A stretch of 64,000 bases of DNA from Vicinamibacterales bacterium (GTDB taxonomy: Bacteria > Acidobacteriota > Vicinamibacteria > Vicinamibacterales > UBA2999): positions 4,680 to 68,679 of the forward strand of contig DATFRP010000082.1 in assembly GCA_035263125.1 (NCBI GenBank), given 5' to 3'. The notes beneath the pieces were generated by a model. It saw only the letters and a list, made by a program, of their open reading frames with translations. It ran no database searches and had not been told where the DNA came from. Shown here piece after piece: positions 1 through 8,600 of this stretch. Both the position numbers and the translations under genes were made by a program. Position 1 is the stretch's first letter; each line of letters starts with the position of its first letter.

Positions 1-1321
1 CCTTCACCGCGCGATCGAGCTTTCCCTGGCGCACCAGCGCGATCGCGAGATTGCCGCGCGCATCTCCATGACGGGGATCCCGTTCGAGCGCGCGTTCGTA
101 CTCCTGCACCGCTTCGTCCAGGCGGCCGGTCACCGCCAGCAGCAGCCCCATGTTGTAATGCGTCACCGGATCGTCGAGCGACATGAGCGCCTGGCGGAAA
201 TAGGTTTCGGCCTCTCCATAACGACCCATCGCGCTCAGGCAGCTCCCGATATGCGCCAGCACCTGCATGTCGCCCGGGACGATCGTCTGGTATTTCTTGA
301 AGAACGCGAGCGCTTCATCGTTGCGATCGACCGTCCGCAGCACTCGAGCGAGCTTGAGCGTCGCTTCGGGATTGTCGGGATCGAACTCGACGGCGCGGCG
401 CGTCAGGTACTCGCTCCAGGGCGCGTTGATCGAGAGCGTCGCCTCCGATGCGAACCGCAGGAGCAGCGTGCTGTTGCGCGATTCGCGCGCCAGGACATCC
501 ATCATCGGATCGGCGTACGGCGAGTACGCGAGCAGACGGCCGGCGCGATAGACCGCGCGGTCCGCGTCGGCCTCACGACCGAGCGCACGGTAGCTGTCGC
601 CCAGCAGTCGGAAGCCCGGACCGAAGTTCGGGGACGTCATGGTGAGACGCTCGAGAATCTCGCGGGCGCGATTGGCGTCGTCCTTGACGAGCGCGACCCG
701 CGCCAGACCAAGCGAGGCGTACGCGGCCATCGGGTACTCGATCGTGTGCGCCGGCCCGTCGCCCGGCTCCGCGGGTGGCTCGGGCAGTTGCTGCGCACGG
801 CGCCACGCGTCCGCTGCCGCGTCGTAGTTGGCTTCCTTGAACTCCGCGTCTCCGAGTCGGAGCCACGCCGGCCCGAACTCGGGTGATCGGGCGACCAGCT
901 GACGCAGCATCGTGACCAGCGCCGCGCCGCCGCCGCGCTCGGCCAGGATCAGCGCGCGGAAGTACGGCCATCGCCAGCTGCTCGAATCGATCTCGCTGGC
1001 GCGCGCATAACACCGCTCCGCGAGATCGAACAGCATGTCTGCGTGATACGCGATGCACAACGAGCCGATGGCCACATGCGAGCTCGGGTGCTGTTGCGCG
1101 GTGGCGTAACGCTGGTGAAGATGGTCTGCGACCGCGGCGCTCAGCCCTGTCGCAGGCGGCGCAGGCAGATCGCCGGCGCGATCGGTTCCGGTCAGATACC
1201 ACACACCACCGCCGAGCGCGAGCACGATTCCGCCGCCCAGCAGAAAGCGGCCCCAGCTCAGTTGCAGGGCGGGTCCCTTCGCACCCGCCGCTGCGCCCAC
1301 TGGCTCGTCCAATGCTGGCAT
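1..1321 (-). CDS. TPR-repeat protein with one N-terminal membrane helix; 3' end cut by the window edge
   Basis: Absent from the ORF track because it is open at the window edge. Reading the reverse complement from the ATG at 1321 stays open to base 1: MPALDEPVGAAAGAKGPALQLSWGRFLLGGGIVLALGGGVWYL... TPR-like helical repeats follow (GRYGEAETYFRQAL, GRLDEAVQEYERALERDP, GDARGNLAIALVRQGKLDRAV). Confidence 0.75.
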   Translation of the reverse strand, partial: MPALDEPVGAAAGAKGPALQLSWGRFLLGGGIVLALGGGVWYLTGTDRAGDLPAPPATGLSAAVADHLHQRYATAQQHPSSHVAIGSLCIAYHADMLFDLAERCYARASEIDSSSWRWPYFRALILAERGGGAALVTMLRQLVARSPEFGPAWLRLGDAEFKEANYDAAADAWRRAQQLPEPPAEPGDGPAHTIEYPMAAYASLGLARVALVKDDANRAREILERLTMTSPNFGPGFRLLGDSYRALGREADADRAVYRAGRLLAYSPYADPMMDVLARESRNSTLLLRFASEATLSINAPWSEYLTRRAVEFDPDNPEATLKLARVLRTVDRNDEALAFFKKYQTIVPGDMQVLAHIGSCLSAMGRYGEAETYFRQALMSLDDPVTHYNMGLLLAVTGRLDEAVQEYERALERDPRHGDARGNLAIALVRQGKLDRAVK

Positions 1322-1363
1322 CTGACGAACGACACGCTTCGATGACCGCGGTCGACGTGCCAT

Positions 1364-2656
1364 CTATCGACCCGGTCGCGTGGCGAACCACGCCGTGATG
1401 CGCCCGATCCGGTCGTAGGGACGGCTGATGTGCATGCCCCCGGTGACCGCATCGGGCGTACCGTTGCCATCGAGGTCGCCGATGGCGACCGTCAGCAGAT
1501 GCGTTGGTGAGGATGCGATCGGATGCGCTGTGAATGTCTGATGCCCATCGTTCTCGAGCCAGAGCAGGCTCGGCGCCCGCGGGTTGTCCCAGTCGTTGTT
1601 CGACGTGACGATCAGGACATCGAGATCGCCGTCGCCATCGAGATCGGCGGCTTGCGGACTCGTGGCACCTTGGAGATCGATGATGCGATGGAACACGAAT
1701 TTCAGGTTACTCGTGTTCTCCAGCCACTGAATACCCTGCCATGGCCGGCTGTTCGGCGGCGCGTACTCGAAGGCATCGCCGTTGGCATACAGGATGTCAG
1801 GGTCCCCGTCGCGATCGAGATCGACGATCGTGATCCAGCTCGATCCGTAGTCGGGGTTGGTCGACCCCCACAGCATCCGTGGTGTGAACCCACCGCGTCT
1901 GTTGTTCACGAACGCCCAGATCTCCTCCCACTCCTGGCTGATGAGTGCCACGATGTCGGGCGCCTTGTCCGCGTTCAGATCGACCGGCAGCGCATTGATA
2001 CCACCCGACAGGCGCTGCAGCACGTGCTGTTCGAACTTCCACTCGCCCTTGTTTTCCAGCCAACTGGTCTCGCCGTCGTCGTAACCGAATCCGGCGACGC
2101 TCACGTCGAGGTCGCCGTCGCCGTCGAGGTCTGCCGCGCGCGCGTCGGCAACACGGGCAACTCGGTCCGCGATGTAATGCGACGTGAACTGTTGCTGCCC
2201 GTCGTTTTCGAACACGATCACCGAGCCGACGCGGTTGTTGTTGGGAAACAGGAAGCCAAGCGCCGCGACGACGAGATCGAGGTCGCCGTCGGCGTCGAAA
2301 TCGACCGCCTCGACATGCGCCGGCGCCGCAACGCCGGCAATCGTCTGTTCGGTAAACGTCCCCTTCGGCGACTGCCGAATCCAGACGAGGACGTTGCGCA
2401 GCGCGTCACAGGCGAGCACGTCCATCAAGCCGTCGCGATCGAGGTCGACCATTGTCACGTGCGAGATCTGTGGTCGTTCATCCTTGCGCGGACGATCGCC
2501 GATCGGCTGCGATCGGAACAGCGCGGATGTGGTTGACGCGGCGCCAGCGGGTTTGGTCTCGGTCGGCGGGCTCGGCGCCGAGCACGCCAGCACACTGAAT
2601 CCGATCGCAAGTGTGGCGACACGAAGGAATGCGAGTCGCGAGAAAGACGAATGCAC
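1364..2656 (-). CDS. FG-GAP/VCBS repeat lipoprotein
   Basis: Track ORF 1364-3025. Its upstream third overlaps the ankyrin gene and is Arg-rich. An in-frame GTG at 2656 gives MHSSFSRLAFLRVATLAIGFSVLAC|SAP, a lipoprotein-type signal. The body repeats Ca-loop motifs DLDRDGLMDV, DFDADGDLDL, DLDGDGDLDV (x2), DLDRDGDPDI, DLDGNGTPDA. An alternative GTG at 2719 cannot be excluded. Confidence 0.8.
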   Translation of the reverse strand: MHSSFSRLAFLRVATLAIGFSVLACSAPSPPTETKPAGAASTTSALFRSQPIGDRPRKDERPQISHVTMVDLDRDGLMDVLACDALRNVLVWIRQSPKGTFTEQTIAGVAAPAHVEAVDFDADGDLDLVVAALGFLFPNNNRVGSVIVFENDGQQQFTSHYIADRVARVADARAADLDGDGDLDVSVAGFGYDDGETSWLENKGEWKFEQHVLQRLSGGINALPVDLNADKAPDIVALISQEWEEIWAFVNNRRGGFTPRMLWGSTNPDYGSSWITIVDLDRDGDPDILYANGDAFEYAPPNSRPWQGIQWLENTSNLKFVFHRIIDLQGATSPQAADLDGDGDLDVLIVTSNNDWDNPRAPSLLWLENDGHQTFTAHPIASSPTHLLTVAIGDLDGNGTPDAVTGGMHISRPYDRIGRITAWFATRPGR

Positions 2657-2718
2657 CGTAGCGGGAGTCGTAGAGGCGGGTTCGCTTTCGCCGTTTACGG
2701 CGAGACCCGCCTCAATCA

Positions 2719-4308
2719 CTATGGCGTGAGCTGCGCGCTGCTTTTCTTCGCAGCCGAGTCTTGTATCAGCTGTTCGAGCAGTTTCACCGTGCTCTCGCGA
2801 ACGACGGCGCCGCCTCGCCCGCCACCGCGGCCGCCGCGACCGCCGGTGCCGCGTGCGAGATCGAGAGGCGTCAGCCCGGCCTTGTTCTTGAGCGTCAACG
2901 TCGCGCCGCGCGAGGCCAGAAACGCGACCACCGGATCCCCGCGGGTCACGGCCGCATGCAGCGCCGTGTTGCCCGCGTTGTTGAACGCATCGACATCGAC
3001 GCCGCGATCGAGCAGCAGCCTGCACGCGTCGACGGCACCTTCCGGCGTGGGCACGACGATCCGAATGCCGTCGCCTCGTACGCCGCCGTATCCCGATCCC
3101 GCCGCAATCATGAGCGGGGTCGTCCGATCCGGCAGATTGAGAAACGGGTTCGCGCCGGCGTCGAGCAGCGACTTCATCACGGCGGCGTCGTTGGTGCGCG
3201 CGGCACGAATGAGCGGCGTGGTGCCCTCGCCGAAGTTCATCGTCGAGCCGGCATCATGGTGACGCTTCAGCGGCTTGCTCTTGAGACGCGCGTTGGGGTT
3301 CGCGCCCTTCTCGAGCAGCAGCTTGACCAGGTCTGAGCCGTCGAGGCGATCGGTGAGAATCGGCGCGGGTCGGCCCTGCACCCACTGCAGGCTGTTCATG
3401 TCGACGGCGGCGTAGAGCGCGCCCATCCCGGAGCTGTCGACGATGTTGGGGTCGGCACCCTTTTCGAGCAGCATCGCCGCGAGGTCGTAGTGCACGTTGA
3501 TGATCGCTTCGACGAGCGGCGTGGTGCCGACGCCGTTGGCGTTGGCCTTGATCTCCTCGGGCTTGAGCGGGACGTCGGTCTGGGGCAGCGCCGTGACGTT
3601 GAGATCGGCGTGCAGATCCGCAAGCGTGCGGGCGGCGTCGATCGCGCCCTGACGCGCCGCGAACATCAAGGGGGTCCACCCACCGCGCGGGAGCGGCGAG
3701 TTCGGACCTCCGCTGCGCGGGAACTCGAGCACCGGCGCGTCGAGCACGGTCGACTTCGCGTTGACCTCGGCACCGGCTTCGACCAGCACGCGGATCGCAT
3801 CGGCGTGGTTCTCGTCCGCCGCCCACATCAGCGCAGTCTCGCCGAACCAGTCTTCACGCGCGTTGACGTTGGCGCCGTATCGAATCAGGACCTTGAGAGT
3901 CGCGGCATTGCCGGTCCGCGCCGCGGTCATGATCACCGGCTCGCCCGCAGTTGTCCGTGACTGGGCATCGGCGCCCGCTTTGAGCAGCGCCTCAACGACC
4001 GCGCTGCTCCCGTTGGTCGCCGCCAGCGTCAGCGGCTGGATGCCGTAACGGTTCACCGCCTTCACGTTCGCGCCCGCGCGAATGAGCGTGTTCACGATCT
4101 CGACGTCGTTCGCCTGTACCGCCCAATGCAGGGCTGTCGTGCCATCGGGCTCAGGCACGTTGACCGCGGCCTTGTCGCGCGCGAGCATGCGCACTGCCTG
4201 GTGATCGCCCCGCCTGACTGCATCGACCAGCGGCGACGTGCCCGCCGCGCCCAAGCTGGTCGCGAGCAACGATGTCACAACGATCACGTAACGAACGACT
4301 CGATTCAC
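2719..4308 (-). CDS. Secreted ankyrin-repeat protein
   Basis: Signal-like N-terminus MNRVVRYVIVVTSLLATSLGAAG. Many ankyrin units are present (DGTTALHWAVQANDVEIVNTLIRAGANV, GETALMWAADENHADAIRVLVEAGAEV, GNTALHAAVTRGDPVVAFLASRGA). C-terminal RGG-rich tail GTGGRGGRGGGRGG. Confidence 0.85.
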   Translation of the reverse strand: MNRVVRYVIVVTSLLATSLGAAGTSPLVDAVRRGDHQAVRMLARDKAAVNVPEPDGTTALHWAVQANDVEIVNTLIRAGANVKAVNRYGIQPLTLAATNGSSAVVEALLKAGADAQSRTTAGEPVIMTAARTGNAATLKVLIRYGANVNAREDWFGETALMWAADENHADAIRVLVEAGAEVNAKSTVLDAPVLEFPRSGGPNSPLPRGGWTPLMFAARQGAIDAARTLADLHADLNVTALPQTDVPLKPEEIKANANGVGTTPLVEAIINVHYDLAAMLLEKGADPNIVDSSGMGALYAAVDMNSLQWVQGRPAPILTDRLDGSDLVKLLLEKGANPNARLKSKPLKRHHDAGSTMNFGEGTTPLIRAARTNDAAVMKSLLDAGANPFLNLPDRTTPLMIAAGSGYGGVRGDGIRIVVPTPEGAVDACRLLLDRGVDVDAFNNAGNTALHAAVTRGDPVVAFLASRGATLTLKNKAGLTPLDLARGTGGRGGRGGGRGGAVVRESTVKLLEQLIQDSAAKKSSAQLTP

Positions 4309-4326
4309 TCGATCCTCTCTCTAAAG

Positions 4327-4512
4327 GTCACGGAGGTGACGGAGGAAACGGATTAACAGGAGAAACGGAGGAACGGAGGTCAGACGGAGGCAAACGTCTT
4401 TCGACCGATTTGTCGCGGGAGGAGGCGTCAGAGTCGATCGTGACAGTGTGTCTCCGTCCGACCTCCGTTTCTCCGTTCCTCCTGTTAAACCGTGTCTCCG
4501 TCGTCTCCGTTT
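4327..4512. repeat. Long imperfect hairpin of the 'ACGGAGG' dispersed repeat family
   Basis: The left arm GGTCACGGAGGTGACGGAGGAAACGGATTAACAGGAGAAACGGAGGAACGGAGGTCAGACGGAG pairs with the right arm CTCCGTCCGACCTCCGTTTCTCCGTTCCTCCTGTTAAACCGTGTCTCCGTCGTCTCCGTTTC, with a loop of about 60 nt. It sits directly after the DUF1552 stop codon (4513), so it probably acts as a terminator. A near-identical core (GGAGGAAACGGATTAACAGGAGAAACGGAGGAACGGAG) recurs at 33985-34107. Confidence 0.85.
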
Positions 4513-5829
4513 CTACAGCTCCAGCGCCCCAGTACTCACGCCGAACTTGTCGATCTCAGCCCCGTACTTCTGCGCGACAGTCAACATCACGTTGGCCAGC
4601 TGCGTGCCCTTCGGCGCCGCGATGTGACGATTGCCCTTGAAGGCACCGGCGGCGCTGCCGACCATGAGATAGGGCACATCGAGCGGCGAGTGAGTATTGC
4701 TGTCGCTCATGCCGCTGCCCCACAGGATGGCGGAGTGATCGAGCAGGGTGCCATCGCCGTCCGGCGTGTTGCGCAGCCGTTCGAGGAACTTGCCGAAAAT
4801 GCCGATCTGATAGGTGTTCAGCTTGACCAGCAGCGCCAGCTTCTCGGCCTCGTTGCCGTGATGCGACACGTGGTGCCAGGGCTCGTTGAACCCGAGGTTC
4901 GGGAAGACGAGCTGACTCGCTTCGCGGTTCAGCATGAACGTGAACACGCGGGTGAGATCGGCCTCGTAGGCGAGCGCCATCAGATCGAACATGACGGTCG
5001 CGTGCTCTTCCCACGAGTCGGGCACGCCGACCGGAGCGACCGGCACGTTGATCTCGGTCGTGGCCTGCTTCTCCGCCCGCTGAATGCGACCCTCGATCTC
5101 GCGCACGTGATCGAGATACTGATCGAGCCTCACGCGGTCGCGCGCGCCAAGGCCTCGTTCGAGCTGGGCCACATCGCCGGTTACTGAATCGAGGATGCTG
5201 CGGTTCTGACGCATGCGCGTCACCCGTTCGGCGGTCGACCCCGGCCGGCCGAACATCCGCTCGAAGACGACGCGCGGGTTCGTTTCCATCGGCATCGGCG
5301 TAGTCGGCGTCTTCCATGCGATGGTGTTCATGTACGCGCAGCTGTAGCCGACGTCGCAGGCGCCAACGTACCCCGTGAAATCCTCCGTGCCGATCTCGAG
5401 CGACGGGAACACGGTGTCGCTACCGATCTTGCCGGCGATGATCTGATCGAGCGACGTGCCGGCGACGAAGTCCTCGGCTTCCGTTCGCTTGGGCGCACTG
5501 CCGGTCAACCAGGTGCCGGTGCTGACGGCATGTGTGCCAGCCAGCGGCCGGTCCATGTTCGACACGACGATGACCTGATCGCGGAACGACTCGATCGGCT
5601 TGAGGATGGCACTGAACTCGAAGCCGACGCCGGTGGTCGACGGCGTCCAATGGCTCGGCCGCTCACCCATCGGCACGAACACGGCGCCGAAGCGTCGCGT
5701 GGGCGCGGCCGCAGTGTTCACGGTGGCCGTCATCGCCGGCACCATGGCATCGAGCAGCGGCAACGCGAGCGTCGCCCCCATGCCCCGAAGCACCGCCCGG
5801 CGAGAGAGAGACGTTTTGGTGATGAACAT
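4513..5829 (-). CDS. DUF1552 family protein (Tat-type signal)
   Basis: ATG at 5829 is preceded by GGAG; the track start at 5841 is TTG. N-terminus MFITKTSLSRRAVLRGMGATLALPLLDAM has a twin-arginine motif. The layout is typical of DUF1552 proteins that sit downstream of DUF1592 proteins. Confidence 0.8.
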   Translation of the reverse strand: MFITKTSLSRRAVLRGMGATLALPLLDAMVPAMTATVNTAAAPTRRFGAVFVPMGERPSHWTPSTTGVGFEFSAILKPIESFRDQVIVVSNMDRPLAGTHAVSTGTWLTGSAPKRTEAEDFVAGTSLDQIIAGKIGSDTVFPSLEIGTEDFTGYVGACDVGYSCAYMNTIAWKTPTTPMPMETNPRVVFERMFGRPGSTAERVTRMRQNRSILDSVTGDVAQLERGLGARDRVRLDQYLDHVREIEGRIQRAEKQATTEINVPVAPVGVPDSWEEHATVMFDLMALAYEADLTRVFTFMLNREASQLVFPNLGFNEPWHHVSHHGNEAEKLALLVKLNTYQIGIFGKFLERLRNTPDGDGTLLDHSAILWGSGMSDSNTHSPLDVPYLMVGSAAGAFKGNRHIAAPKGTQLANVMLTVAQKYGAEIDKFGVSTGALEL

Positions 5830-5874
5830 CACGGTCTCCAACGAATGCAGAATGCAGAATTTAGAATGCAGACA

Positions 5875-8415
5875 CTAATCGGCCCGCGCGATTCTGCCTG
5901 ATTGCCCTTCTCCTGCCGGGGCTTTCACCCTCATTTGAAACGGCACACTGCGAACGATGCCAAGCACGATCGATGAAAAACGATAGTCTTCACGCTGTGC
6001 GTCGCGCACGATCGTTCTGACCGCCGGCATATCGGCGGCCGTCAGCCCTCGACCAAGCGCGTAGGTTAGCAATTTCTCCGTCGTCGTGCGTACGAACGTC
6101 TCGGGCTCGCGCACGAGCGCCTTACGCAGCTCGACGACGCCGTTGATCGACGTCCCGTCCACGAGCTGTCCGGACGCATCGACCGGCGTTCCACGCGTCC
6201 CGCCGTCACGGGTCCGCCAGGCACCGGTCGCATCGAAGTTCTCGAGTGCGAGCCCGGCCGGATCGATCATGCGATGGCAGCTCGCACACGCCGGATTGTG
6301 GCGGTGCTGCTCCATCCGCTCGCGGACCGATTGCGGCTTACGCGCCTCTGTGTCTTCGGGGAACGGCGGCACGACATCGGGCGGAGGCGGCGGCGGCGAG
6401 CCCAGCACGTTTTCGAGTATCCACTTGCCGCGCTGCACCGGCGACGTGCGATTGGGGTGCGACGTCACCATCAGGAGCGCGCCCTTCCCGAGCAGGCCGA
6501 AGCGCGCCTCATCCTGCAGCGTCACGCGGCGGAAATGCGTGCCGTAGACGTTCGAGATGCCGTAGTGCCTGGCCAGCCGCTCGTTGAGGAACGTGTAGTT
6601 GGCCGTCATCAGATCGACGACGCTGCGATCCTCGCGGACCATCGAGTTGAAGAACATCTCGATCTCGGTCTGCAGCGAGGTGCGGAGGTTGTCGTCGAAG
6701 TCGGGGAACTCGTGCGAGTTCGGCTGCTTGTTCTTCAGGTTGCGCAGCTGCAGCCACTGACCGAGGAAGTTGTCGACGAGCGCCTGCGACTTCGGATCGG
6801 CGAGCATCCGGCGGACCTGCAGTTCGAGCACGGCAGGCGTCGACAGAGTCCCCTTCTCCGCGAGCTCGAGCAGGCGATCGTCGGGAATCGTGCTCCACAG
6901 GAAGAACGAGAGCCGCGACGCGATCTCGAGATCGGGCAGCCGGTAGGCCGCACCGCTCGCCACATTCGACGGATCGCGCTCGACACGGAAGACGAACTTG
7001 GGGCTCGACAGGATACGTCGCAACGCGAGATCGATCCCGGCGTTGAAGGTCCCACCTTCTTCGCGACCGCGCTCGTAGAACTCCTGCAGCACGCGCAGGT
7101 CCTCGGCCGTGACGTCGGCGCGATACGCGCGCCGCGCCACCGTCGAGAGGATGCGCTTCGCACAGGCGGACTCTTCAGACACTGCCTTCGGCGTACAGAC
7201 GAAGATGCGGCGACGACTCGGTGTGTCGCCGACGCCGGAGGGATTGAAGGGACCGGTGAGCAGCACCTCGTCGATGTGCGGCTGTCCGGAGAAATCGATC
7301 GTGTCGGCGGAGCTGCGCACATACGGCTGCAGCCGGCGGGTATTCAGCGCATGCGTCTTCTCGAGAAACGCGACGGTGATCACGTGCGGTCCCGCTTTGA
7401 GCGGCACGCGGACGGTAAAACGTCCATCGACCGCATCGCCGGTGGTCGTCGGGTTGTCGCTCGACGCAGCGATCTCGGCGTTCCCGCCGAACGAGGCCAG
7501 GTGCACGCGCTCGCCGTCAACCGCGATCTCGAGTTGATGCGGGTACTCGAGACCGCGCATCGTCCCGAGGTTCGTGCGGAACAATCGCACCTGGAACTGA
7601 TACTCGCCATCGAGCGGGAGCGTCCGGTGAATCGCAATCCCACCGACCGTGCCGAGCGGCAGCCCTTCGATATGGCGATCCTGCGACGCATCCTGCCGCA
7701 CTCTGAACAGCTCGCCCATCGGCGGCGTGTGTGGATCGCCGATGGCCAGCGCACTGATGCGCTCGGCAGCATCCAGATAGCTTTCGAGCAGCACCGGCGA
7801 GACGCCGAGCACGTCGGCGTTGTTGTCGAACCCGCCGCTCGAATCGTCGGGCGGCAGCAGCGAGCTGACGTCGACGTCGACCGAGAGCAGATCACGAATC
7901 GCGTTCGCGTATTCGGCACGGTTCAACCGGTGTGCGAGCGGACGACCGGGGTTCGGCTTTTCACGTGCAGTCCGATCCAGCGTGGTCTCGAGCGACGACA
8001 CGAACGCAGCGCGCGTCGCCGCATCGGGTCGCGGCATCGCGGCCGGAGGCATCATCCCTGCGCGGACCTTGCGAATGACTTTTTCCCACACATCTGCGTG
8101 GGCGGGAACATCGGCTGCGAGAATCTGATCGAGCGCCAACCCGCCGGTCTTCAGCCGCTCGTTGTGGCAGGTGATGCAGTAAGTGGTGACCGTCTGGCGA
8201 TAGTCAGCGGGCGTCGTGGACACCTTCTTGACCGTCGTGGCTTGAGCGGAAGGTGTCTTGACCGCCGGAGCTTGAGCGGAAGCGGTCTTGACCGCCGTAG
8301 CTTCAGCGGAGGCGGTTGGGCGAACCTGCGTCTGACGAGGCTCTGCCGCACGCAGACTCCACGCGTAGCCTGCGAACGCGACCGCGACGAGAACTGTTCC
8401 CAGCCGACGGCTCAT
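5875..8415 (-). CDS. DUF1592/DUF1588-type multidomain protein with two CxxCH motifs
   Basis: ATG at 8415 gives the signal-like MSRRLGTVLVAVAFAGYAWSLRA. Heme-binding-type motifs YCITCHN (N-terminal) and ACASCHRMIDPAGLALENFD (C-terminal) are present. Size and motifs fit the DUF1587/1592/1595/1588/1585 family that is paired with DUF1552. Confidence 0.8.
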   Translation of the reverse strand: MSRRLGTVLVAVAFAGYAWSLRAAEPRQTQVRPTASAEATAVKTASAQAPAVKTPSAQATTVKKVSTTPADYRQTVTTYCITCHNERLKTGGLALDQILAADVPAHADVWEKVIRKVRAGMMPPAAMPRPDAATRAAFVSSLETTLDRTAREKPNPGRPLAHRLNRAEYANAIRDLLSVDVDVSSLLPPDDSSGGFDNNADVLGVSPVLLESYLDAAERISALAIGDPHTPPMGELFRVRQDASQDRHIEGLPLGTVGGIAIHRTLPLDGEYQFQVRLFRTNLGTMRGLEYPHQLEIAVDGERVHLASFGGNAEIAASSDNPTTTGDAVDGRFTVRVPLKAGPHVITVAFLEKTHALNTRRLQPYVRSSADTIDFSGQPHIDEVLLTGPFNPSGVGDTPSRRRIFVCTPKAVSEESACAKRILSTVARRAYRADVTAEDLRVLQEFYERGREEGGTFNAGIDLALRRILSSPKFVFRVERDPSNVASGAAYRLPDLEIASRLSFFLWSTIPDDRLLELAEKGTLSTPAVLELQVRRMLADPKSQALVDNFLGQWLQLRNLKNKQPNSHEFPDFDDNLRTSLQTEIEMFFNSMVREDRSVVDLMTANYTFLNERLARHYGISNVYGTHFRRVTLQDEARFGLLGKGALLMVTSHPNRTSPVQRGKWILENVLGSPPPPPPDVVPPFPEDTEARKPQSVRERMEQHRHNPACASCHRMIDPAGLALENFDATGAWRTRDGGTRGTPVDASGQLVDGTSINGVVELRKALVREPETFVRTTTEKLLTYALGRGLTAADMPAVRTIVRDAQREDYRFSSIVLGIVRSVPFQMRVKAPAGEGQSGRIARAD
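8226..8315. repeat. 3 x 30-bp in-frame tandem repeat inside the DUF1592 gene
   Basis: TCTTGACCGYCGNNGCTTSAGCGGAAGNNG occurs three times. On the minus strand it encodes TASAEATAVK / TASAQAPAVK / TPSAQATTVK just after the signal peptide. Confidence 0.8.
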
Positions 8416-8546
8416 CACACGTGAACCCTCGCCGAAGCCGCGGAGCGGCGGAGGCGGGTCACCTGCCCCCCGCCGAGGCATCGACCATTTTCGCTCCAAG
8501 AACGACACTTCGCGAGACTACGCGAAGTGTACCGCAATAAGGACAC

Positions 8547-8571
8547 GCCGGGCCTAGAGATCAGGCCCGGC
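8547..8571 (-). terminator. GC hairpin downstream of the 8601-9440 gene
   Basis: GCCGGGCC-tagagatca-GGCCCGGC is a perfect 8-bp stem followed by CTACAT, as in the REP family at 16961, 29068 and 58966. There is no U-tract. Confidence 0.4.
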
Positions 8572-8600
8572 CTACATTGTCCGCTCAGCAGCGTTTTTGA

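Noticed and set aside
68-1391. Track ORFs 68-886 (+, 272 aa) and 573-1391 (-, 272 aa)
   Set aside because: The products are extremely Arg/Gly/Ala-rich with no motifs. They are alternate frames of the minus-strand TPR gene that runs off the window edge.
4272-4640. 122-aa ORF (GHGGDGGNGLTGETEERR...) and similar ORFs at 40710-41456
   Set aside because: These are read through the hairpin repeat elements. The peptide repeats merely mirror the DNA repeats, so they are artefacts rather than genes.
6274-8424. 716-aa + strand ORF
   Set aside because: It is an antisense shadow of the DUF1592 gene. Its composition is Arg-rich (RRRRRRAQH, GRRRHH) with no recognisable domains, whereas the minus frame has CxxCH motifs and a signal peptide.
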